In this document: in pieces, positions 17,495 through 26,225 of the stretch | How positions within the stretch are numbered: the first letter of the stretch is position 1 | How the letters are laid out: the number at the start of each line of letters is the position of its first letter | DNA from: a virus | Taxonomy: Duplodnaviria; Caudoviricetes | DNA: 34,263 bases | Reading direction: 5' to 3' (one strand) | Virus record (IMG/VR): IMGVR_UViG_3300045825_000820 | Location: 1-34,263 of that record | Position numbers and translations under genes: made by a program | Notes under the pieces: generated by a model | Database searches by the model: none | The model's input: the letters and a program-made list of their open reading frames with translations, nothing else | Told to the model about the DNA's origin: nothing

Positions 17495-17911
17495 TTAATC
17501 GCCCTGCCTTACCAGATCAAACGCAACCCAGCCATACGGCGATTCAAGCTGGCGGCTCTGCCTAAATCCGGTCGCACGTAAAGTATTGGTCAACAGTGTA
17601 CGGCTGCGCAAAAAGGCTTTGATCTCATCGATCATTACACCTTCGGCATCCTCTGCGGCAGAGGGCGGCAATCCTTCGGCAACCTTGATTTGACACAGCA
17701 ACCCGATCTGGTGTTTTCCGTCCGATGCTTCGCGCCCCAACGTGTGCGTATAATCATTTTCATCTTTCGACACGACGGTATAGATGCCCGCCGTTAAATC
17801 GGCTTCGGCGCGCTGTGCAAAATCAAGCAAATCACGCGTTACCACCCGCGCCGGATATTTTGCGGCCAGCGCGGCCTTGATTGCTTCCATCGCAATACTG
17901 AGCGTGCTCAT
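17495..17911 (-). CDS. Putative tail terminator/completion protein
   Basis: 138 aa, position and QSRQLESPYGW C-terminus. Confidence 0.6.
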   Translation of the reverse strand: MSTLSIAMEAIKAALAAKYPARVVTRDLLDFAQRAEADLTAGIYTVVSKDENDYTHTLGREASDGKHQIGLLCQIKVAEGLPPSAAEDAEGVMIDEIKAFLRSRTLLTNTLRATGFRQSRQLESPYGWVAFDLVRQGD

Positions 17912-18450
17912 GCCATCGACTCCATCACACCGCGCTCAACACCCACATCCATTACCTCAAAGAAACGGCTAGTTAATTTCTCGGCGGTTGGTGCAACGAA
18001 CGGCGCGGGCTTGGTTCCCTTCATATAGATCGACATCGCCAACGCCCGGGAGCGGAACCGCAACTCCATATCCTGCTCGCCGCGTTTCGAGCTGCTCTTG
18101 CGCGCCCACTTAAACCCGCGTGCTGCCGGTGACTGGCGTAAAAAATCCAGCAAGTTGTCCGGGTTCGGGTAGTAGCGCGCCTTGCCTGCCGCAGGGCCGG
18201 TGCCTTCTTCCACCGCTTCGGCATAATTCACCGTCGGAGTGATAAAACGCGACAACGTGGAAGCGCGTACCCGTATCGAACTTTTCAAATTACCCGTTAC
18301 ATCGCTTTTGCTGGCCTCGGCGATCATCATATCCGCGCCTTCCTGTGCCGCCCGATCCAGCGCCAGCTCAAGATTTTGCGCGATCACCCCCGGCGCTTTA
18401 TTCAGCGCGGCGCGAGTGCTCTCATCATCAAGGGTGTAGCTCTGTTCCAT
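17908..18450 (-). CDS. Neck/tail-completion protein (HK97 gp10-like)
   Basis: TGNLKSSI, YAEAVEEGT, GTKPAPFVAP; probable start ATG 18450 (TAATG overlap). Confidence 0.75.
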   Translation of the reverse strand: MEQSYTLDDESTRAALNKAPGVIAQNLELALDRAAQEGADMMIAEASKSDVTGNLKSSIRVRASTLSRFITPTVNYAEAVEEGTGPAAGKARYYPNPDNLLDFLRQSPAARGFKWARKSSSKRGEQDMELRFRSRALAMSIYMKGTKPAPFVAPTAEKLTSRFFEVMDVGVERGVMESMA

Positions 18451-18617
18451 TATCTGTGCCACCCGCTGCTTAGCAGAAATAAATACGTTCCGCCCGCGAT
18501 CACCGTAGCGGCTAGCCCGGCCATAGTCCACTTGCCGAAATCGGCATATTTCTCATCCAACCATTCCTTGAGCGCCTCCTTAACCACTTCTTTAGCGGCA
18601 TCTTTATCCAGTGGCAT
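18450..18617 (-). CDS. Small single-TM protein (55 aa), possible lysis accessory
   Basis: Not in ORF track. MPLDKDAAKEVVKEALKEWLDEKYADFGKWTMAGLAATVIAGGTYLFLLSSGWHR; GGAG RBS; stop overlaps the next ATG. Confidence 0.7.
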   Translation of the reverse strand: MPLDKDAAKEVVKEALKEWLDEKYADFGKWTMAGLAATVIAGGTYLFLLSSGWHR

Positions 18618-18620
18618 GAC

Positions 18621-19148
18621 TTACTCCGTCTCTTTCAGGTGATCGATTAGTTCGTCGAGGCGCTTGCGGTCTTCACCACAGAGCCGGGCATTTTCTCCGA
18701 TGTTGGCAAGGGCTTCGCCGGGTGTAACAGTACCGGCTTCGATGACTTCACCAGCAGCTCTGCCGGAATCGCCTTGAGCGTCGAGGGAGGGCATCCATGC
18801 TGCGTTGTACAAGCTGATCCAAACAGGACTAAGCTGCACAGTAGGTGAGTCGGTCGTAGCGCATTGCGCAAGGTTTGCGTTAGTTTCATAGTTGAGCCTT
18901 TCTTGCCAGTGACGGTAATAAATATCTGATTTACTCTTCCATTCGATTACGTCCGCCGCACGTTTCCGACCAACGTCCAGCGCGCGCATAAACCGATCTT
19001 CGCCGTTGCGCGCCGTTTTCAAATCCTGCGCGTCCCGGCTGTTCGACTCGTAACGCAATCCAGCTACAAAACCAAACACGATACCGGCAAGTGCCAGCAG
19101 CAACAGCGCCAGCGCACGGCCTTGCCAGGGGATAAGGTTTATCCACAT
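18621..19148 (-). CDS. Rz-like/i-spanin-like lysis protein
   Basis: N-terminal TM then helical domain, directly after the endolysin; GGAGG RBS before ATG 19148. Confidence 0.6.
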   Translation of the reverse strand: MWINLIPWQGRALALLLLALAGIVFGFVAGLRYESNSRDAQDLKTARNGEDRFMRALDVGRKRAADVIEWKSKSDIYYRHWQERLNYETNANLAQCATTDSPTVQLSPVWISLYNAAWMPSLDAQGDSGRAAGEVIEAGTVTPGEALANIGENARLCGEDRKRLDELIDHLKETE

Positions 19149-19774
19149 ACAATCTCGCCTCCCCATGAAATATAAAGAGGTTGCCACTTGAGCAAAATGG
19201 CACGCGGGTAATCTCGGTTTTCTTTAAACATGTCGGCTCTGCGTCCGGCGTTAAATGGCTCGACCTCTTTGGCGATCAGCACATTCGCGCCAGCCTTGGC
19301 CGCCAGCTTTTCATCGCGCTTGATCCACCCGGCGCCGCCGTTGTATTTCCACATCGCTTTCCACATGCGGTCGCACGGGGTCGCGCCTTCACTGGAATCA
19401 AATAATTGTTTATCGTAGATCGACTGAGCGCGCAGCGCCCATTGCGGGTTAAGCGGGGCATTGCTGCCCAGCTGCTCGGGGTATGCGCCACTGATCCAGT
19501 CGGCGGTATCGGGTGTGAACTGTGTCAACCCGCTGGCAAAAGCAGAGCGGGCGTTTTTGTTCCAGTGGCTTTCCTGATGAATTTGCGCGGCAAGAGCCGC
19601 AACAGGCGCATCCAATCCCCAAACGAAACGCGCATTACGGATTAGGTCACGCTGATATTTAAGTGCCTCACGCGGCACATCTGCCATCGCTACTCCAATA
19701 ATACCAATCAATAAAAACGGTATCACGGCGGTGAGAAATATCTTCCAGCCGATGAATTTACGCGAGGTACGCAT
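19139..19774 (-). CDS. Endolysin, SLT-type lytic transglycosylase with N-terminal signal/anchor
   Basis: AQIHQES (catalytic E), GLTQFTP, YNGG, ENRDYP. Confidence 0.9.
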   Translation of the reverse strand: MRTSRKFIGWKIFLTAVIPFLLIGIIGVAMADVPREALKYQRDLIRNARFVWGLDAPVAALAAQIHQESHWNKNARSAFASGLTQFTPDTADWISGAYPEQLGSNAPLNPQWALRAQSIYDKQLFDSSEGATPCDRMWKAMWKYNGGAGWIKRDEKLAAKAGANVLIAKEVEPFNAGRRADMFKENRDYPRAILLKWQPLYISWGGEIVCG

Positions 19775-20121
19775 TACATCGCCATCCCGACAGAGACCAT
19801 TGCAATGCCCATCAAGAAGATGCGCCTAAAGCAGGCGATTGCAAAAACTAGCTCATAGCCCTGAACAATTGCAAAGTCGGCGGCCCCCATGCGTTTGCCG
19901 CAGGTGCGCCAATCGAAAGCAACTAAATAGCTATCCGGGCGGGAATAAGGGAGTGCGCGCATATCAATCCAGAATCCAAGCAACGCGCCCAGCGTGACGA
20001 GTGAGAGCTTGTGAATGTCACTCCCGATCAGCTCCGGTTTTAGGTAAGTGATAAAAACGAATAAGGCTACAGTGAATAGAACCAATCCGAAAAACCGTGG
20101 CAATACATTTTTAAACATCAT
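19774..20121 (-). CDS. Putative holin
   Basis: Three hydrophobic segments, KLSLVTLGALLGFWID...PYSRP; precedes the endolysin. Confidence 0.75.
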   Translation of the reverse strand: MMFKNVLPRFFGLVLFTVALFVFITYLKPELIGSDIHKLSLVTLGALLGFWIDMRALPYSRPDSYLVAFDWRTCGKRMGAADFAIVQGYELVFAIACFRRIFLMGIAMVSVGMAM

Positions 20122-20741
20122 CTAGCCTCCTCAAACATTTTCATTAATTGCTCGAATAAATATTGCGGCGTGCCGTTACGCGTGCTTTGTGATAAGCCGT
20201 CCCGCATCGCCACAGGTTTAGCGATATTGCGCATCGACATTTCTTTCATCGCCTCGGCTTGCGCCCGCAGGATCAGCAAGTTGCGGTCGCCCGGCAGGAT
20301 AGTGGTATCCGTCGCCAGCGTGCCGATGCTATGTGCCGCAAAATAGTAAAACTTGAACGTGGATCCCAGTACGGTAATTTGCAGCGAGGTAGGAGCGGGC
20401 AACAAATGAATCTCTCGCACCGCGCCGTTCATGCACACTTGAATATCGGGCAATTTCCCCGGGAAATTTTTATCCCACGGCTTGATGCCCTTCGCTGCAA
20501 TGCTCCATAAGTCCGCCTTGAACAGCAGTAAATCAGCCGGAGCCGGATAGTTAAACTGTCCGGTAGTCAGTAACATCGTACCTAGCATGGTGCGCGGACG
20601 CACCCGCCACATATCCGCCGCCGCCGCATCCAGATGCCGGTTAAAGTCCACATCATTGGCCGCAATAAAGACACTCGCACAAGCCTGTAGCGAGGCTTTA
20701 TAGTCAATGAGCAAATCGGCTTTGGATAGAGTGCCTGACAT
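20118..20741 (-). CDS. Putative head-tail adaptor
   Basis: 207 aa after the capsid genes; assignment by position. Confidence 0.55.
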   Translation of the reverse strand: MSGTLSKADLLIDYKASLQACASVFIAANDVDFNRHLDAAAADMWRVRPRTMLGTMLLTTGQFNYPAPADLLLFKADLWSIAAKGIKPWDKNFPGKLPDIQVCMNGAVREIHLLPAPTSLQITVLGSTFKFYYFAAHSIGTLATDTTILPGDRNLLILRAQAEAMKEMSMRNIAKPVAMRDGLSQSTRNGTPQYLFEQLMKMFEEAR

Positions 20742-20747
20742 AGCGCG

Positions 20748-21236
20748 TTATACCGCCGCGCGCCGTGCGACTTCCGCTTGAAGCGCGGCGATGAAAGCAG
20801 CGTCTACATCTTCTTCGCTAGCACCTAAGGACGCTTCCAGCGTTGCGGTCAGCTCGGCATTGCTCATAGCGGCCAGCTCGCTCTCGTTACCTGCGCGCCT
20901 CAGCAACTCTTCAGCAATGGCAAGCAGCAGCGTCTTGCGTGCCGCACCCGCCCGCTCCAAATCGCCCAGCGTCTTGATCTGTTCAATACTGAGAGCAGGC
21001 AACTGCGCAGCAACATCCTTTACGCTACTGGCAATCAATTCTACAAGCGGGTCAAGCTGCTCTTCGGGCTGAACTTCTTCCGCTTGAGGCTTCAAATGCG
21101 ACGGCACTTCATGCGCTTCAAAATGCCGTGTCTCGCCTGGCAACACCATCGACGCGCCTACGTACATAGGCATATCGGTATTATTCTTAACTGGAATTTT
21201 GTTCAATTCGTTCTCCTTCAAATGTTGCCCGGCCAT
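20748..21236 (-). CDS. Capsid-adjacent hypothetical protein
   Basis: 162 aa; LERAGAARKTLL motif of the kind seen in post-capsid proteins. Confidence 0.6.
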   Translation of the reverse strand: MAGQHLKENELNKIPVKNNTDMPMYVGASMVLPGETRHFEAHEVPSHLKPQAEEVQPEEQLDPLVELIASSVKDVAAQLPALSIEQIKTLGDLERAGAARKTLLLAIAEELLRRAGNESELAAMSNAELTATLEASLGASEEDVDAAFIAALQAEVARRAAV

Positions 21237-21283
21237 TCCCGTTCCATTGTTATAGAACGGGCGGCGAGTTTAAGGGCAACTGG

Positions 21284-23869
21284 TTAGCGATTAACGCGAG
21301 CCGTGGCGGAATACAGCACGATCGAGGTGTAAGCCGCTTTCAACTGCGTCGGCGTATACAGCACAACGAACTGATCGCCGAAAGCTTCCTTCTTACCGGT
21401 GAACAGGCCGCTAGCATCGCGCTGATCCTGTAACTGTCCCATCGTCCAAGGCTTCATCATGCGGTAGCGAGTCATGCCGCGCTCGCCGATCACAATGCGT
21501 TGGTCGCCCATGTACAAGCCCGGTGCCGTAGTGCGGAAGTTCGGCACATTCTTGACCATGCCAAGGTTTCCTTCCGAATCCAGATTCGTGCCGTTGCTGG
21601 CGGCGGACTCGATAAAGCTGCGCGCCTGTTCAATCTGAGTGCGGATTACGCCGCTCATCAAGCCGAAGTTGGCGATGTGATAACGATCCGCCTCGATCAC
21701 GTTCTTGCGCAGACCGTAGCGATACAACAACGTATCCCAGAACATATCGGTAGCCACTGCGCCTTGATCGGTATTGAAGACATACACGTTGGTCGCGTAG
21801 GTATAGCTGGTCGCCTCGATAGCGGCAGCATTGGCCGGAGCCGTAGCAACGCCCAACTGGTTGACGAAGTGGATTTCACCCAGGTTGTAATCCAGCGAGT
21901 AATACATCCCCGCGCCTTGCGTGTTGGTGCCGTCGTATTCTGCGATGGCAACAGTCGCAACCTTAATGACCACCGGATACAGCGTCGCGCCGACCTGAGC
22001 GCCCAGCAAGTCAAATACCTTTTTGGGGCGTACAACAGGGAAGTGCGCCAAGTCAAATACGGTCAGTGCCGCATTACCCGCACCAACCGCTTCAATAGCG
22101 ACAGCCGCAGCAGCGTACTGATCCGACGACTGCAAAATCTCGTTGAAGATCATGCGCTCGGTATCTTCGCCGATGATACGGGACGCATTGCGTGCGTTTT
22201 CTGCCACGGCATCCCAATCCAGTTGGCCGTTGCTAGTCAAATAACGCAACTCGTCCGATACTTCGAACGCGAGCTTTTGCGGGATGGGGCGAGCCTCTTC
22301 AAAGGTCTGCTTGACGGCTGCACGCAAAACACTGCCACCCTCATACGTGCGCACACCGGCAATACCGGCGGCAGTCGTATCGCGGTAGCTGTACGGAATC
22401 TGAGCAGTAGCAGAGAACGGGAGTGTGCCTACATCCACGAACTGCAATCCGATCAGGTTATACAACGCCTCGCGAATCACCGTGCGTTCAAAAATGGCCG
22501 GTACCGCAACATCCGAAGTTACGCTATCACCGGCGGCAAGCATTTTGTGCTCGGCGTGCAAGCGACGGCCGTTCTCTTGGTCATACATAGCAAGCACGGC
22601 ATCGGCGAGCTTTTTATTTTTCGCCTGCAATACCCCGCCAGTATTCGAATAACGTGACGCATCACCGATCTCGCTAAAACCGAAACGTCTATCCGCGTGT
22701 TCCTGCAGCGCCTTAACTTCGTTGGATGAATCCACCGTGATATGCACGTTTCCGGCAGGGCGTGAAAAGCCCATTCCTGAAAGCTGCTTGGCCACCGCCA
22801 ATTCGTTGCCGTGCTTGATCTGGTTTTCTGCCAGGCGTTTCACCTGGTCGGCGCTCATCTCGGGCGTAATCAAATCGGCTACTTGTTCGGACAGTGTTTT
22901 TTTCGTCGCTTCATCCAGCCCGGTCGCCGCGTTGATCGTGTCGCTCAATAGCTTCACGTTCGCGCCGCGATCTTCCGCCAGCTTCTTTGCCGCTGCCGCT
23001 GCTGAGCTATCGCGCTCTGACAAAATTCGGCTCACATCCTCGGCGGTAATTCCGCCCTTGATACCGGACATATCAATCGACAGCTTGATGTCTTTGCTAC
23101 CTGAAGTAATCTGTTCCGCGAGCTGCTTGCCGGACTCGGCAAATTTTTCCATCAACAGCTTGGCTTGCACCTCATCCGTGATGGGTTGCACGGCAGCTTC
23201 GAAAGTGGATAACAGTTGCACGCGCATCGGCTCAGACAAAGTGAGGATGAGTGCCAGGGCGGCTTTGAGTTTTTCTGCGAGTAGATTATGCATGGTTTGA
23301 ATCTCCTGAAGTAAATGGGTTTGCAAATCGGGGTGTAAAAATGTGGGGGGCGAACCATCCGGCTCGGAAAGCTGCACGGGTTCGTTACCCTTGATAACCG
23401 GGCGAATGGTGAGCCCTGCGCCAAACAGCAATGGTCCATGCTGGGCGCGCTTTTCGTTATCTTGAAAATTCTCTGTGTAATCGGCGGACAAATACTTAAA
23501 GCCGCGATCCTTCACCGCATCAATCCCATAGGGTGTCCACTCTATGAGAGCGCGCAGCTTGTTACCTTCCACCGTCAGCTTCAGAAAGCGGCCTGCCGCG
23601 CCCTTGGAGGGCTCGTGCGCAACGTCCAGAAAGACTTCCTGACCGTAGGTGCCCTTGTTGAAGTTATCGATCATGGAAAGCAGCATCGGGCGCGTGATGT
23701 CAAACTCCCCGTAGCGGGGATCGTAGAAATGGCCGATCTTCGTCACCGTCACCCAAGTTTGCGGAGCCTCGCCATCCAGCGATAACGACTTCGGCAACTC
23801 GGAAACGAAACGACGCAACCCGTCCGGGTTTGCGGATTCAAGCAAAATTCTGCGTGCGCCTGGCATCAA
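21284..23869 (-). CDS. Fused prohead protease (Mu gpI-like) - scaffold - major capsid protein
   Basis: N-terminal FLDVAH...IEWTPYG...FKYLSADY...GAGLTIRPVIK protease, helical scaffold, C-terminal capsid-like domain; no other capsid gene. Start TTG 23869 or ATG 23866. Confidence 0.85.
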   Translation of the reverse strand: MMPGARRILLESANPDGLRRFVSELPKSLSLDGEAPQTWVTVTKIGHFYDPRYGEFDITRPMLLSMIDNFNKGTYGQEVFLDVAHEPSKGAAGRFLKLTVEGNKLRALIEWTPYGIDAVKDRGFKYLSADYTENFQDNEKRAQHGPLLFGAGLTIRPVIKGNEPVQLSEPDGSPPTFLHPDLQTHLLQEIQTMHNLLAEKLKAALALILTLSEPMRVQLLSTFEAAVQPITDEVQAKLLMEKFAESGKQLAEQITSGSKDIKLSIDMSGIKGGITAEDVSRILSERDSSAAAAAKKLAEDRGANVKLLSDTINAATGLDEATKKTLSEQVADLITPEMSADQVKRLAENQIKHGNELAVAKQLSGMGFSRPAGNVHITVDSSNEVKALQEHADRRFGFSEIGDASRYSNTGGVLQAKNKKLADAVLAMYDQENGRRLHAEHKMLAAGDSVTSDVAVPAIFERTVIREALYNLIGLQFVDVGTLPFSATAQIPYSYRDTTAAGIAGVRTYEGGSVLRAAVKQTFEEARPIPQKLAFEVSDELRYLTSNGQLDWDAVAENARNASRIIGEDTERMIFNEILQSSDQYAAAAVAIEAVGAGNAALTVFDLAHFPVVRPKKVFDLLGAQVGATLYPVVIKVATVAIAEYDGTNTQGAGMYYSLDYNLGEIHFVNQLGVATAPANAAAIEATSYTYATNVYVFNTDQGAVATDMFWDTLLYRYGLRKNVIEADRYHIANFGLMSGVIRTQIEQARSFIESAASNGTNLDSEGNLGMVKNVPNFRTTAPGLYMGDQRIVIGERGMTRYRMMKPWTMGQLQDQRDASGLFTGKKEAFGDQFVVLYTPTQLKAAYTSIVLYSATARVNR

Positions 23870-23883
23870 GATAGTGATCCTCT

Positions 23884-23953
23884 AAAAAGTCTCCCGCAGC
23901 GGGGTGAAGCGAGCGAGCCGTGACCCGCTGCGAAGACTCGACCTTTTCAGGTC
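23884..23953 (-). promoter_or_regulatory. Structured leader/attenuator before the capsid gene
   Basis: GACCT-GAAA-AGGTC hairpin, then AGTCT-T-CGCAGCGGG [20 nt] CCCGCTGCG-GG-AGACT and a T run just before the AGAGGA RBS. Confidence 0.55.
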
Positions 23954-24063
23954 AGGCTGAATTCTCGTTGAATAATCGAGCAACAAACAGGCACAAAAGT
24001 GGCGTGATAAACCTATAAAAACGAGGGGTTGAGGGGGTTTTTGTATATTTTAAACAAGGGGGG

Positions 24064-24091
24064 TTGACAATACGAGCAATGCGCGTATTAT
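24064..24091 (+). promoter_or_regulatory. Strong sigma70 promoter of the accessory operon
   Basis: TTGACA-16 nt-TATTAT with an AT-rich upstream tract. Confidence 0.78.
24069..24089. promoter_or_regulatory. Palindromic operator spanning the -35/-10 spacer
   Basis: AATACGAGCA-A-TGCGCGTATT, arms 9/10 complementary. Confidence 0.72.
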
Positions 24092-24151
24092 GGCAATTGT
24101 CAGCGCATCGCAGACACCGCGCCTCGGGCTAACAGGGGCTGGAGAAATACC

Positions 24152-25015
24152 ATGCAAGCATCAAACATCATCAGCGCACACCGCCCATCAGCACATCACA
24201 TACAACGCGCAGGCTTAGGCTATTCGCGCCCGCTTGACGACAACGAACTAGCTACCATCGCCCCCGCAATATTCGCGCCGGATGCACACGGTAGCCGCTC
24301 TGATCGTTATGCCTATATACCCACCCTTGACCTGGTAAACGGAATGCGCTCGGAAGGCTTCTACCCTGTCAAGGTGACTCAGGCAGCAACCCGCACCGAA
24401 GATAAAAAAGGCTTCGGAAAACATTTAATTCGCTTTCGCCGTCAGGATCAACTGGATGCCGCCGAAGCGCGCGAAGTAATCATCGTCAACTCGCACGACG
24501 GATCAAGCGGCTTTCAACTCATGGCTGGCGTGTTTCGCCTAGTATGCTCAAACGGCCTGATCGTCGGCCAAACCGACAACGAAATAAAAGTGCGTCATTC
24601 AGGTAATGCGCTCGACAACGTGATCGAAGGCGCGTGCCGCATCGTGGAAGACTTCGACCGCGTAGGCGAAGCCATCGAAAGCATGAAGGCCGTCAACCTA
24701 ACGCATGAGCATCAAATAATTCTAGGCCGCGCCGCCCTTGCGCTACGTTTCGAAGACCCCGCAAACTGCGGCATCAAAGCGGATCAAATCATCAGGCCGC
24801 GCCGTATTGCCGACCAATCGCCCGACCTTTGGACAACCTTCAACGCCGTGCAAGAAAACATCATTCGCGGCGGAATTCGCGGCGTTAAAGCAAACGCAAT
24901 CGGCCATCTTGCCCGCACCAGGACACGCGAAGTTAAAGGCATCGACCAAAACGTCGCACTCAATCGCGGCATGTGGGTACTGGCTGAAGAAATGAAAAAT
25001 CTGCTTGCTCACTAA
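24152..25015 (+). CDS. DUF932/DUF945-family protein (YafZ/YfjQ-like)
   Basis: HGSRSDRYAYIPT, KHLIRFR, NSHDGSS, GVFRLVCSNGL, DLWTTFNAVQEN, GIDQNVALN. Confidence 0.9.
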   Translation: MQASNIISAHRPSAHHIQRAGLGYSRPLDDNELATIAPAIFAPDAHGSRSDRYAYIPTLDLVNGMRSEGFYPVKVTQAATRTEDKKGFGKHLIRFRRQDQLDAAEAREVIIVNSHDGSSGFQLMAGVFRLVCSNGLIVGQTDNEIKVRHSGNALDNVIEGACRIVEDFDRVGEAIESMKAVNLTHEHQIILGRAALALRFEDPANCGIKADQIIRPRRIADQSPDLWTTFNAVQENIIRGGIRGVKANAIGHLARTRTREVKGIDQNVALNRGMWVLAEEMKNLLAH

Positions 25016-25024
25016 TTAAACCTC

Positions 25025-25042
25025 GCCCGGCGCAAGCCGGGC
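25025..25042 (+). other. Perfect GNRA-loop hairpin before an RBS
   Basis: GCCCGGC-GCAA-GCCGGGC followed by AGAAGGAGG; no U-tract. Confidence 0.7.
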
Positions 25043-25056
25043 AGAAGGAGGCAATC

Positions 25057-25995
25057 ATGCAACGCAAAATTTTAGAATTTACCACCACTATTAACCAGGG
25101 AAAGTCCAACGAGTCGCATCCAGTTGTCCAGGCGTATCAATGCCGCAATGGGTTAGCCGCAGGGCACCACGTGCGTCAAGATAGCGATGGCAATTTTAAA
25201 TATAGCCAAGGCTGGCGCATCTACCATATCAACACCGGGGCTTTAGTGTCAGGCTTGAGCTACAAAGGGGAGAAATTAAACACCCCGGCTCAAGCCATGC
25301 GTGCCGCTAATCGCGGGGCGGGACATCGCCTTGTGAGCAGGGTACGCGAAGCGGAAAAAAGAAATCCAACGCCCGCCCAAAAGGTAAAGAATCAACCTCG
25401 TATTATTGGCAAATTGCAGGCATGGCCAAAACCCAAACCCGCCGGAAAATTGCCAGGGTGTGAACATATCGCCAAAGATAAAAATCACGCGCTGCTTTCG
25501 CTTATTGCTGAAATTGACGCGCAACTATTGCAAGCCCCTGAAAAAAGCGCCTTGTTTCGAGTTTTCACCTTTGGTCGCACAATGTTCAAAATCAATGCCA
25601 GGCGCGAAGCCCTGCAACGCTTTCGCGCTAACGTCTTAAAAAACAGACGCGCCTTTGCTGATTCGGCCTTACCCAAGGCGCAGGCGGCACCCGTTCTTAA
25701 ACCTCAAAAGGAGCAATTCATTATGCAATCTATCGAAGCCGCCAATAGCCCCGCCATTGATCGCGCCCTTGCCGTATTGCGTGCAAGCATTGGAAACGTG
25801 CAAACCATCGCGCCACAAACCCACGCCGCGCCCGTTGAGACTGCCCCCATGCTCAAGCCAGCACCGCACGCCGCAAAGGCCGTAGCCCACTCCAAACCGC
25901 CGCGCAAAGTGCAAGCAAAGGCCGCTCAACCGGCTCACGATATATGGTTTTATTTCGGTCAACAAAAATCCCGCGCCGAACGTCGCACCGCTTAA
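25057..25995 (+). CDS. Hypothetical basic protein, possibly two fused genes
   Basis: AAGGAGG RBS; second in-frame AAGGAG + ATG at 25723; Ala/Pro/Lys-rich C-terminal part. Confidence 0.65.
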   Translation: MQRKILEFTTTINQGKSNESHPVVQAYQCRNGLAAGHHVRQDSDGNFKYSQGWRIYHINTGALVSGLSYKGEKLNTPAQAMRAANRGAGHRLVSRVREAEKRNPTPAQKVKNQPRIIGKLQAWPKPKPAGKLPGCEHIAKDKNHALLSLIAEIDAQLLQAPEKSALFRVFTFGRTMFKINARREALQRFRANVLKNRRAFADSALPKAQAAPVLKPQKEQFIMQSIEAANSPAIDRALAVLRASIGNVQTIAPQTHAAPVETAPMLKPAPHAAKAVAHSKPPRKVQAKAAQPAHDIWFYFGQQKSRAERRTA

Positions 25996-25996
25996 G

Positions 25997-26024
25997 TTTA
26001 GGGAATTACATACTTAACTTCCCA
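25997..26024 (+). repeat. Inverted repeat, left copy
   Basis: TTTAGGGAATTACATACTTAACTTCCCA; 22/28 identical to the reverse complement of 26198-26225. Confidence 0.65.
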
Positions 26025-26044
26025 TTAATTAAAGGAGATTCAAA

Positions 26045-26200
26045 ATGTTAGAACCGGCTAAAAAAGTAAATTCAAACGCGGCTTTCTTCGGTAATTTAGC
26101 TTTCTATTTGGGCAAAACTATATACGAGAACCCGCATGTTATAAATAGCGAAGATTATAAACTCTGGGAATCTGCATATAAATCCGCCGCTGTAAATTAG
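26045..26200 (+). CDS. Small AT-rich hypothetical protein (51 aa)
   Basis: Not in ORF track. AAAGGAG RBS; MLEPAKKVNSNAAFFGNLAFYLGKTIYENPHVINSEDYKLWESAYKSAAVN. Confidence 0.75.
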   Translation: MLEPAKKVNSNAAFFGNLAFYLGKTIYENPHVINSEDYKLWESAYKSAAVN

Positions 26201-26225
26201 GAACTTAACTATATAGTTCCCTAAG
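26198..26225 (-). repeat. Inverted repeat, right copy
   Basis: Reverse complement CTTAGGGAACTATATAGTTAAGTTCCTA. Confidence 0.65.

Noticed and set aside
17908-19187. ORF-track starts at 18531 and 19187 (also 1380, 3719, 5738, 27734)
   Set aside because: Downstream starts have better RBS and coupling; the longer versions overlap other real genes or promoters.
21500-22657. 385-aa plus-strand ORF and other long antisense ORFs (e.g. 22722-23300, 29027-29605, 27809-28303)
   Set aside because: Shadows of well-supported minus-strand genes, with no recognisable motifs.
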